This document shows, piece by piece, positions 1-9,800 of a DNA stretch of 35,037 bases. The notes under the pieces are model-generated. The model was not told the DNA's origin, made no database searches, and saw only the letters and a program-made list of their open reading frames with translations. The position numbers and the translations under genes were made by a program. The first letter of the stretch is position 1; each line of letters begins with the position of its first letter. This DNA is from Fidelibacterota bacterium (GTDB lineage Bacteria; Fidelibacterota; UBA2242), in NCBI GenBank assembly GCA_049975265.1, contig JBNGDF010000025.1:1-35037 (forward strand). The letters run 5' to 3'.

Positions 1-81
1 AAACTAAAATTATTCAATAAAGTCCAAATCTCGCTTCCTACATTGTCACAGTATTTATCCATGGTTATCTTTCTTAAATGA

Positions 82-2052
82 TTACCACACAACCCGCACA
101 CCTCGTTCTCTGAGTGCCGGAATATAGACATTTATTGACGTTTCACTCAGTGGATTACCACTTAAATATACCGAATCACCCTCACCCAACCCGCTGTTGT
201 TGACCAGCGGTAATATATCGGTAATATTGTTGTCATATAACTGCAGTATTGTTAATTTAGTGAGATTTTCCAAAGCAGAAATATCCACAATCTGATTATC
301 ATTCAACCGAATATCATTTAGATTAATAAGTCCCACTAACGATGAAATATCAGTTATGCTATTGTCACTCAGTGTTAGTGAATTTAGGTTTGATAAATTT
401 GTGAGGGGTGTAATATCTGTTATCTGACACGATCTTAAGACCAGTCGGTGTAATTGTCCTAGCTCAGCCAGGGGAGATATATCGCCACTTTGAAGACCAT
501 TTAATGTCAGAACTTCTAAATCCGTCATGCTTTCTACAGCGTTAATATTTTCAATTGGATTAAGGTATAATTCCAAAACGATTAATTGCTTCATATTTGC
601 CAAGGGAGAGATGTCAGTAATCCCATTCGCATTAAGATACAGATACTTTAATTGGATAAGCTTCGCAAGGGGCAATATATCACATATGTTTTGGTTAAAA
701 CTAAGATTTAATTCAATTAAATTTGTCAAATTCGCCAGCGGGGATAGATCACTGAATAGATGATATTGAAAGTCCATACGTTGAAGACTCATACAATTCT
801 CAAGGCCGTTTAAGGATTCTATCTGTCCGACCCAGATTCCCTGATGCCAATAATCGAAATATATTAAAGTATCCAAAGACAGCAACGCAGTTTCTGTGAA
901 ATCCTCTGTGGGCATCTTCAATGTATAGCGCACAATTACTTCCAGTTTGGGATCCTCAAAAACAATCGTATCCCTGGGTATTACCGTTATTATAACCTCG
1001 TCAGGCTCACTCTTACTCTCGTCATAAATCTCAGGTGGTCCCAGCCCTGGTTGATCAGTAGTGTAAACAGTCAGAGTAAATCTGTAAACGCCCTCCACCG
1101 TCAAACCGATGGTTCGAGTTGAACATGTTTGACAAGAACTTAAATCTACCATTGCCGGATTGTTCTCATCCTGGTCCCATTGGTACCAAGCTATCGCTTC
1201 ACCATCACCAGGGGAACTACCAGAGCCATCTAAGACAACATAATTTCCAACACTGACAGTCTGATCAAAACCAGCATCGGCAATGGGGGGATTCCCCAGT
1301 TTTTCCAGCAGGATGTTTTTCTCAATGACCGTGTCTTCTGAAGATACAATAAAGTTTTCCTCAATAAAAGGAAGAAAGCCTTCTTTTTCAGCATAAATGG
1401 TAAAGGTCTGTTGAAACTGGGTCTGTGATTTCAGAAGGGATTTCGGGGGTGATTGATATATTCTTCCTGTTTTTCCTGTCCTTCCTGCTGCACCATCCAG
1501 AAGCACCATCTTCCTAGTCTTTGTAAAATCTTTTGTTTCTAACCTGTAAAAATAAATCCCTGTAGAAGCACAAATTCCTTTGTTGTTTGTGCCATCCCAT
1601 CGCACCCGGGAAAGCCCCGCCGGATAAAACCCATCCGCAAGCGCCCTCACAACCTGTCCTTTTATGTTAAAAACGGTAAGTTTTACATGGAAAGTTTGCG
1701 GTAATTCAAATTCAATTACGGTACCGGGGTTGAAAGGATTGGGGTAATTCTGGTAAAGTTGAAATCTTTCTGGGGTTGGGGGTTTATCTTCTTTCACACC
1801 CGTCTGGGTTAAAACCAATTGGAGAGAATAGGCGCCAAGAGTGTCTGTTTGAGTTGACGTAGTATCCCCATGTGGCTGGGGAATAAAACTGACATTTGCT
1901 TGATAGAGCCCAGTACTGTCTTTATCGAACACCATCCCGTAGACCCGTACCGTTTGGGTCCGTGAAAAACCGGTTTGCGTAAAAAGTCCCATGCCCAAAA
2001 AGGTAACAAAGAAAAGTCCCAAGTATTTGTTTTTTAAATTACTGATCTTCAC
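82..2052 (-). CDS. Exported leucine-rich-repeat (internalin-like) protein with internal T9SS-CTD/FlgD-Ig-like domain and PKD-like domain
   Basis: GTG start after GAGG and an N-terminal hydrophobic signal. aa ~97-186 read YQNYPNPFNP...WDG...GIYFYRL...TRKMVLL (CTD-like). PPIADAG...VVLDGSGS...WYQW is PKD-like. The C-terminal half has about ten 22-aa repeats of the LxxLxLxxNxIxDIxPL type. Confidence 0.85.
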   Translation of the reverse strand: MKISNLKNKYLGLFFVTFLGMGLFTQTGFSRTQTVRVYGMVFDKDSTGLYQANVSFIPQPHGDTTSTQTDTLGAYSLQLVLTQTGVKEDKPPTPERFQLYQNYPNPFNPGTVIEFELPQTFHVKLTVFNIKGQVVRALADGFYPAGLSRVRWDGTNNKGICASTGIYFYRLETKDFTKTRKMVLLDGAAGRTGKTGRIYQSPPKSLLKSQTQFQQTFTIYAEKEGFLPFIEENFIVSSEDTVIEKNILLEKLGNPPIADAGFDQTVSVGNYVVLDGSGSSPGDGEAIAWYQWDQDENNPAMVDLSSCQTCSTRTIGLTVEGVYRFTLTVYTTDQPGLGPPEIYDESKSEPDEVIITVIPRDTIVFEDPKLEVIVRYTLKMPTEDFTETALLSLDTLIYFDYWHQGIWVGQIESLNGLENCMSLQRMDFQYHLFSDLSPLANLTNLIELNLSFNQNICDILPLAKLIQLKYLYLNANGITDISPLANMKQLIVLELYLNPIENINAVESMTDLEVLTLNGLQSGDISPLAELGQLHRLVLRSCQITDITPLTNLSNLNSLTLSDNSITDISSLVGLINLNDIRLNDNQIVDISALENLTKLTILQLYDNNITDILPLVNNSGLGEGDSVYLSGNPLSETSINVYIPALRERGVRVVW

Positions 2053-2095
2053 GATTCTTACCTCTTAAAAAATGTAAATGCTATATGGTGTAATA

Positions 2096-3358
2096 TCAAA
2101 ATAGCCTACGCCTGAGAGAAACAACCGTTGATCCCTCATTCCCAAGCTCCTTTTTGGAACCCGATCCATTATAAACATGATATGGAGTAGTATAGGTCGG
2201 GCGCTCAATCCAATTATAACCATAAGCATAAGTAGGATACCCACCAAGAATATAAACACCTATATATGTAATATTACCTTCAAATTTGTTGCGCCCCCAG
2301 AAATAGTAGTTAAAGCAGGTTGAGCCACTACCCATATTCTCATGACCGTAATAGGGACCGTTATAGGGAGTGGTACTACCCAAATTGCATCTCATTACAA
2401 CGCCATCCCCATTGCCTGTAGTAATTAGAGGTGCAATTGTTTTAGCCCTAATATAACAATCTTCAATCCATGGATCCCTATCTTCTGTTATTCTTATGCC
2501 TGTATAATGAGCCTGAATGTTATTCTTCTTTATTGACATTGCACAACTTCCGCCAACTATAATGTCATAATCGCAATCTTTAATTTGGCAATTTTTGATG
2601 TAGGAACTTGATGAACCATCCACATCTATACCGTACCAGTTATCCCCACCGCTTGATTGAAAAGTGGCACCGTCAGCTACTATTGTGCCGTGAACGGTTA
2701 ATGCGTATCCTGCATTGACTTTAACTTTGGTATCGTCGAGGATGGATAGTGTTGCACCGCTGGCTATTGTTACATCTCCCAAAACATGTAGATTACCAAA
2801 CCAGTACTCATCGCTCGTAAATGTACCGCCGGTGACTGCGGTGTAGGGAGCATAATTATGTTTTATAACTGTTATGTAAAGAGGACGGACTGATGTATTA
2901 AAGGTGTAACTGCTTACATTATTTTCAACCCACCAAAAAGCTGATCCCTTGTTTCCACTACAAGCACAAATATTACAACCGCTTACATTGGCATTAACAG
3001 TGATAGAACTGCCATTATCGCTAATGTCAACATCATTAAATGATAAGAGTAAGTCTGTCCAAATCTCTGTTTCCGGACAGCCAAAACAATTATGGGAGTA
3101 CCGCAAATAATGATCGGAAAAATTTACTTTTGAAACTGCCTCGGCAACGCCAGCATGAAAAGAAGATTTATCACTCTCACTATCAACAAACCCTGTGCTC
3201 CAGAGATCACTAAACTCACGGTGCAATTCCCATGAATTGGTCCAATGACTCCATCTGCTATTTCCTAATATGAGGGGACCATTTATTTTCGAATTCATAA
3301 ACAAAAAACCCTCTGCCATACTACGTTGATTTGAGTAATTTGTCAATCCAGTTAGCAA
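2096..3358 (-). pseudogene. C-terminal fragment of a C25 (gingipain-like) peptidase: end of catalytic domain, Ig-like domain and beta-helix region, truncated
   Basis: SMAEGFL...LGNSR and HNCFGCPETEIWT resemble the C25 C-terminal motifs. GDVTIASGATLSI...WYGI...IKNCQI is beta-helix-like. It overlaps the upstream fragment out of frame, has no convincing start of its own, and ends in a non-homologous tail without a CTD. Confidence 0.7.
2135..2160. repeat. Degenerate REP-like palindrome at the 3' truncation point of the C25 pseudogene
   Basis: CTCATTCCCAAGCTCCTTTTTGGAAC (minus strand GTTCCAAAAAGGAGCTTGGGAATGAG). It resembles, from memory, GTTCCCAAGCNGGAGCTTGGGAACGAG-type REPs. Single copy, imperfect stem. 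Confidence 0.35.
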
Positions 3359-4562
3359 TATCCTGCTCGTTGGTACACGGCAGCCGGCCTACGAAGATTT
3401 CGGGGGTGTAATCTGGATCGTCGTCATCATCACCGACTGTGTTTTTTTCTCCGAAATTTGGGTCACCATCAACATCCCAATCACCATTAAAATCCTCGAA
3501 ATATAAATTGGCAGGTATTTTATAGTGACTATAATCTTCCCAACTAGAATTCTTTGAACCATCACCATATCTTACCTGTACAATTTTGTGATCTCCTGCC
3601 AGAAGTGCCCACATCGTTTTAGGATTCCCATCATAATATGAATCACAAAGATATTGTCGCAGTGCGCCAGCATCATCTGTAATATCAGAAATCTCGTCCT
3701 TAATATAGTTGGCAGTTATCTGTTCCATCGTTACAATACCAATATCCAACCCTTTTCTCTTTTTCCATGATACAAAAGATTCAAATTTGTCCTTTAAGAC
3801 ATTATTTGTGATGATGACATATTCATAGGAAGGCAAAGGATTGCTTTGAATCTTCATCGCTTTACCGAGCGTAGGACGCACTTTATATATAGGTATGTCC
3901 TCAGGATTGTCAACGATTTTTTCTAAAATAGCATTATAAATTTGCTGATTTTTCTTACTTCTAATCCCTCCCTGAATTCTAGGCATTTTGCCATGCTTCA
4001 TTTCAAGCTCAAAATCAATGGAAGAAAAAAATACCAATCTGCCCGAATTTGGCTGATACCGAAGGGGATACAACGCTAATGCCACAATATGATTGCTGCC
4101 GTCAAAATAACCGTCGTGGACAACCTTGACAATCTTAGAAGGGTAGGGCGCGTCAGATTCATAAACCGAAGAATCCGGCGGTACAAAATCAGGTTTCTGA
4201 TAATCAGTGGATGTTAGTATTGGCGGCTGAGCCGGAAAAATGAAATGAGCTCCTGAAATTGCTACTTTGCTGGTATCTTTTATAACGATTTTTCCCACAT
4301 CTTGATCAGACGGCACAATGAGTTTGACGTATTTAACCGGTAGATACGGTTTGCCCAGTTCATCCATCTGCTGTATATCAGCAATTGAAACCATATTATA
4401 AATGTTCCCATCTTCAGCGGTGACTGTGGTGATATTTAAATCAGACCTGGAAAAATAATTTTGATGGGAGATCTGTCCCAACAAAACAGTACTCATTGAC
4501 AAAACAAGTAATGCACAAACGGATACACAAAGTAAACCAATTTTATAGGATATGTTCTTTAT
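3321..4562 (-). pseudogene. N-terminal fragment of a C25 (gingipain-like) peptidase: signal peptide, C25 propeptide and first part of the catalytic domain
   Basis: GKPYLPVK...LYPLRYQP is propeptide-like. YEYVIIT...WKKRKG...ALLAGD...PEIFVGRLP is the C25 N-terminus. It stops at DKLLKST*. The frame extends to an ATA at 4562, 7 nt after AAAGGAG, which adds a signal peptide (IKNISYKIGLLCVSVCALLVLS). Confidence 0.8.
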
Positions 4563-4684
4563 GATTCATCTCCTTTATTAAGTAAGTAAATGATAGAATT
4601 TTGTTTAAAACTTATTTTTTCAAAAAGCACTATTATTTATCCAAAAGAGGCAATCTAATATAAAAACTCATTTTGAATTCCTTA

Positions 4685-5090
4685 TTATCTTACCAAAACT
4701 AATTTTTGAGTTTTAATTTGCTGTTTTTTCGACATGTTAAGAGTTTTCACCATCATTTTAACAAAATAAATACCACTACTTACAATTTTTCTATCTTCAT
4801 CTTCCCCGTTCCATCAAGCATAATGAATCCCAAAATTAGTAAGCCTTGTAATCTGTTTTATTTCTACTTCGATAACATAAATATTTTAATATAGACAATT
4901 TTCTTTCCATCCGGTGACCAATCTGGCTCTACGACAAGCTCTTTAGCTATTCGATCTTCATCACCAATATCATTTTTTTCTCATTACCACCATTTCCTAT
5001 TTCTGTGGGTGTCTTAGATTTCTCCCAGGAAACTAAAGACCCCAGAAAAACAGCAGTGATCAAAATAATGATTAAGAATTTTGAAGGCAT
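4685..5090 (-). pseudogene. Collapsed remnant: TolB-like (PD40) lipoprotein fragment joined to the tail of a T9SS-CTD/FlgD-Ig protein
   Basis: Manual translation across three frame segments gives MPSKFLIIILITAVFLGSLVS(W)EKSKTPTE / EPDWSPDGKKIVYIK / NIYVIEVEIKQITRLTNFG-IHYA*WNGEDEDRKIVSSGIYFVKM...TQKLVLVR*. It contains two frameshifts and one internal stop. Confidence 0.7.
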
Positions 5091-5175
5091 TGATTCAACT
5101 TCAATTTTAAGATATTTTAGACCAATCTATATTCATAAGATATATATTCATTGTCATGGAACTCTCTGTATTTTC

Positions 5176-5607
5176 TTACCACGATTTTTTAATCAATTTT
5201 TTCATCCCGTTAAAATCATGCCCTGTCTTACTTTTAGCAACATCATAATATAAGAATTGCCGCATAGCCTGCTCCCGGCGCCCCCGGATATAATCCTGAA
5301 ATTCTTCATTTTGGGTTAGTTCATTATCCCCGCCCGCTTCCAACGCCAGCAATTTTTCGGCAATCAGCGAATTGAGTACGATTTTTCGGTGAATGTAATT
5401 CTCCTGCCGGCAATAAGCCGGTCGGATGGTGTATTCCGCCCGGATGATAAATTCGTCTGTTGTAATAATCCGGTTGCCGACTTTCGCCAGGATTTTTGCC
5501 GGTGGAATCGCAGGTTCCGGCTGGCTGCAAGCCTTATACAGTAAAACCGCCGCCAAGATTACAAGCGGTTTCACCAAAAATGGGCACTTTATATTGTGCT
5601 TATTCAT
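5176..5607 (-). pseudogene. Probably truncated lipoprotein of SurA/PrsA-like peptidyl-prolyl isomerase type (N-terminal domain only)
   Basis: Lipobox-like LYKAC. ILAKVGNRIITTDEF...IVLNSLIAEKLLALEA is typical of the foldase N-terminal domain. No rotamase domain follows, and the ORF runs into AT-rich sequence after ~5230. Confidence 0.6.
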
Positions 5608-5643
5608 CTCAATCGGATCAAAACCGGCAATAAACCACTAACC

Positions 5644-5664
5644 AAAAAATGTCAGCGTACTGAC
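5644..5664 (-). terminator. Weak intrinsic terminator-like hairpin after the PorV/PorQ gene
   Basis: Minus strand GTCAG-TACG-CTGAC followed by ATTTTTT. The stem is only 5 bp, with a UNCG-type loop. Confidence 0.35.
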
Positions 5665-5716
5665 TCGTTTCTCAGAAGTGCAATCGGGCATATCCTGGAA
5701 TCATAGGCTGCTCCGG

Positions 5717-6811
5717 CTAAAAAATTACGCCCAGGGTATAGGAATGTGTATTACCGAGAATTCCAACCGGTTTGAAAGCATAGTCAACTTTAATGGCATA
5801 ATTGTCCAGAAAATTCAATTTCAGCCCGCCTCCAAAGGTACCACCGAATTCTGTTTCCTCCATGAACAAAGATTTATAACCGCCACGCAGGAAAAAGCTC
5901 CCGCTGCCCGGTATTGTGATTGCATATTCAGCCCCGACATTCACCGATTCGGCATTATTATTGGGGTGGAGTGCATCTGCCGCCAGGGTCAGACGCGTAT
6001 AGCGGGTCACCAGCGGTCGAACCGAGACGCCAATCCGGAAAATCAACGGCAGTTCCCATTCCTGCAGATTAAACTTGCCTTTAACGGAGCTGTAATTACC
6101 AGCCTCATTGGGCAGAATGTCAATGGGAAATAACAGGTCCATGCCGTCGTATTGCATCCGGGAGCCATAATTGGAAATGCTCATCCCGATGCGCATTCCG
6201 TCCTCATATTTACCCGTCACGGAAAAGAATCCGGTATTGACGTTGACACCCAGATCAACAGCCATTGCAGAGGCAGAGGTGTGCCAGATTTGAGAGCTAA
6301 TATATTTCGCCGACGCCCCGAAGGCGAACCACTGCGCCAGTTTGCGGGCATAGGTAAGACTAAAACAGTAGTCATTGGCAGTATACAATTCACCCGTGCC
6401 GTCCTGATCTTCCAGGGTTGTCACCGGTTCATTGCCATAACCAACATGATTAATCGCCAGGGCAAAAGTACCTGCTGATGGTAATAAATAGGCAACGGCT
6501 ACAAATTCATTGCTGATATCTATTACCCAGGGTTGGTACATGAACAGCACTTCATTTCGTTCCATAAAAGCCAACCCCGCCGGATTCCAGTATACCGAAG
6601 AAAGATTGCCGACAATACTCACATAGGACTCACCCATTGCATTACCATCACTGCCGACGCCCAGCTCCAGAAAGTTTGCCGCAGTCGTACCGACACGATA
6701 GGGTTTTTGCGCCTCAAGCCGTCCGCACTGAAGCAAAATAATGACTGTAAGAAAATATAATAGAGCTGACTTTTGGAGTTTCTTATTGCTGTATTCTTTT
6801 AACGCTCTCAT
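5717..6811 (-). CDS. PorV/PorQ family (UPF0164-like) outer-membrane beta-barrel
   Basis: Signal peptide, N-terminal signature GTTAANFLELGVGS...AMGE...VYWNPAGLA, amphipathic beta-strands and terminal Phe (TLGVIF). Confidence 0.85.
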   Translation of the reverse strand: MRALKEYSNKKLQKSALLYFLTVIILLQCGRLEAQKPYRVGTTAANFLELGVGSDGNAMGESYVSIVGNLSSVYWNPAGLAFMERNEVLFMYQPWVIDISNEFVAVAYLLPSAGTFALAINHVGYGNEPVTTLEDQDGTGELYTANDYCFSLTYARKLAQWFAFGASAKYISSQIWHTSASAMAVDLGVNVNTGFFSVTGKYEDGMRIGMSISNYGSRMQYDGMDLLFPIDILPNEAGNYSSVKGKFNLQEWELPLIFRIGVSVRPLVTRYTRLTLAADALHPNNNAESVNVGAEYAITIPGSGSFFLRGGYKSLFMEETEFGGTFGGGLKLNFLDNYAIKVDYAFKPVGILGNTHSYTLGVIF

Positions 6812-6829
6812 CTTGATTCCCTGTCTGAA

Positions 6830-9800
6830 TTATTTGATAATGGCAAATTTACCAACCTTTTCATCTTTGGTCAGTTCGGACTGGACGTGATAGATATACA
6901 TGCCCGCCGCCACTTCAAGATTTTCGCGCGATAACAAATCCCAATGGGCAATTCCGTTTTCGGCACTGTTATTAACCCGGATCACATCCACCAGGACTCC
7001 ACTGACTGTGAAAATCCGGATGGTGCAGCGGGATGGAAGATTGGTAAACATGATTCGGCGCCGCTGATTAAGGAACCAGTTGGCGACGGACGTCTCCATG
7101 GCATTGGTCGCCACATAGGGGTTGGGCACTACCTTAATATCCTTCATGGTATTTCTTAGCGCCTGCCGGTCAATGGAATCAGTTTTAACAATGTTAAACC
7201 GGATTTTATCGGTAATATAAAAGGGGCGCATAAAGGTGACCCGGTAAACATCATTCGCCTTAGGCAACAGGTCTGCGTCTCCATGGGCTGACCGAAAATC
7301 AATCGCAAAGACGCTGCCAGCCCATTTTCCGCTACTATCAAGAGCGCCTGCATAAATCTGGTCTTCCAGAATATCATATTGACCATTTTTATTCAGATCA
7401 TGCACGATTAAATCCATGATTTCCAGCGAGTCCGGAAAGGACCTGTTGACCACGTAGAAATTAAAATTTTCACTTGTCAGCAGATTGCGGGTTTGGCGGA
7501 CGTGGTCAACATCCCGTATCCAGGAAGTGCTGCCTTTTCCGGTATAGCTGACATCATCGGTAAAAATAATATCATAATCCCACGGGAAATAGCGGGACTC
7601 TGTCTTTGTCGGAGTAACTGTAATCGGTGCTGATCCGACCACCCATTTTGAACCGGCATCATTATACTGGGCTGTCCGGACCGGCATCTGAATATTTACT
7701 ACCAATCCATCAAATACATCCGTTTTAATATTCCCGATCGTATTGATATACCAGTTTCCCAGGGTATCATCATAAACCAGATTGGTCCCGGTAAAGTTGT
7801 CGGAATTTTCCAGATATACCTCGGTAGAATCAGTGACATCAAAAACCCGGATACTGTTGTTGCTATAATAAACTCCGTGATCATAATTATCGATAACTCC
7901 CAGGGTATCCAGACCAAAGCTCACTTCGTAATCGTGCCCCGGCTTCAGACTGCTGTTGGCGATAATTTCAGGAACAACTGTGCCTGATCCGAGAATTTCC
8001 TGATCTGCGGAAATCACCACTTCCTCCGGAATATAGCCGGCGGCTTTTTGATGCGGAGTCACGACCTGAACGTTTTTACTGTAACCCTTGACATTTTCGG
8101 CTTCATCCAGACTGATGATGATATTATTTTCCGAAGGTGCGATGCCGGGTCCGATATCCGGAGCACCGTAATCATAAGCGACAATGGCATAATAGTAGGT
8201 GCGCCCGTTTTGGACATTGGTGTCTTCAAACCAGTGGCGGATACCGGAATCGGTGCCCAGGTTATAGCCCATTCCATTAACCAGTCCAAAGTCTGTAAAT
8301 CCCATGCGACCGTCTTTTTTGTCACACTGAAAAATGGGTTTCATAAACATCGGAGTTCCGTAGCCGTCGGTTATTACCTGTGCATCCGACATTTTTTTAT
8401 CCGTGGCGCGAAATAGTTTGTAGCCCTCAAAATCATTGACATTGCCGACAAAGGGATCGCGGGTCTTTGTATCGGCAATATTATCCCAGGTCAGAATAAC
8501 CCGCCCATCGCCGGCAGTGGCTTTCAACGTCGGCATTTTCGGCGGCTGGGCAAAACGATAGTCTTTTTCGTAAATGACCTGCACGATGCGCTTCAGTTCA
8601 AAGAGCGCCGGTGCCGAGTGCTCATCCGAGTTGAGTCCCTCCAACGGGTCATAGGAGTGCAATTCTGACATGGAAATCCGCTCCCGGAGCCCCTGAAAAA
8701 GCGGGAATGGTCCGGAGGCAAAGGTCTCCACCAGGTTGCTGATATTTCCAAGATATTCGATCAGGGTATCGGAACCAATCACTTCCCACATTGATTTGTC
8801 ATTCCGAAACCATTTAGTATAGGGTGGACGATGAGGCTGGATCGGAAAGAGTTGAAACGAGGTCAATCCTACCATATCCGATTCACTGACATCGGTAGCG
8901 GCAAAATTGGGCTCACAACCAATTCCTTCAACATAATCCGGCTTGTGATTACACTCGCCTTCATCAGGTCCAAAATAATTCAATTCCCCCGGCGCCACAC
9001 CATCCAGACCGATGTCGTCACCGGCATACTCTCCAGCATCATAAACGCCGTTCCCGTTCAAATCTTCGCCATCCTGCCAGTCCTGATCCTCATCCGCGTC
9101 CCAGTGCTTTTTCAGATCCGCTTCGGTTAACCGGTAAAAATTCAAAAAATCTGCCAAATTCGCGATGCCATCATAGGGTCCGATTTCGCTTTCAGCGTCA
9201 TTATCCCGTTTTTCATCAATCAAACCATCCCAGTCGTTATCAATCCCGTCATTGTGGAACCCCGGACTCTCAAGATATGCAAAGCCCATCGTTCCCGTTG
9301 GATAGCCGCCCTGACCAATGCCGTCAATATCCCAGGAATACGCCATATCAATACTGCGATCGAAATAGCCCAATTCATCATCATCGCCGGCGCCGGCGAC
9401 ATTGTCGCCGATGGCATTGTCAACCCAGTAGCCGAAGGCAACTTTAGGAAGAGTATAATCAGAAATGTTAGCAATGTTATATTCCCAGAAAATCGCATCC
9501 CGCGCCTGGGGATTGTTCCATTGAAAACCGCGCTGTTCCACCCGAATTCCGATGCCGCCCCAGGGTTTACCGTGCTGGACCGTCACACAAGAGGGACACT
9601 TATCGCCGATAAAGACGCCCGGACGCGGGTAATATTTGACCCGGTCTTCGGGACCTAAATACTCCTGATCCTGGGCATCGTTGGCAACGAAATAGGTCTC
9701 CAGATCGGCATAAATGACGCCCCGCCCGAAGCGTCCGTCCCATTCTCCCTGCCACTTGAGCTGATCACCGGCAGCCGGCCAGCCTGCCGGCGGCCAGGAA

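Noticed and set aside
1..62. Possible gene start (MDKYCDNVGSEIWTLL...) running off the left edge
   Set aside because: Only 20 codons, with a weak RBS and no recognisable motif.
150..830. Periodic DNA similarity suggesting a repeat array or CRISPR
   Set aside because: It is explained by the 22-aa LRR coding repeats. There are no identical repeats with unique spacers.
3321..3358. Programmed frameshift joining the two C25 fragments
   Set aside because: There is no convincing slippery site, and the joined product would still lack the catalytic segment.
4706..5253. Plus-strand ORFs 4706-4894 and 5005-5253
   Set aside because: They are antisense to the minus-strand remnants, which carry recognisable motifs.
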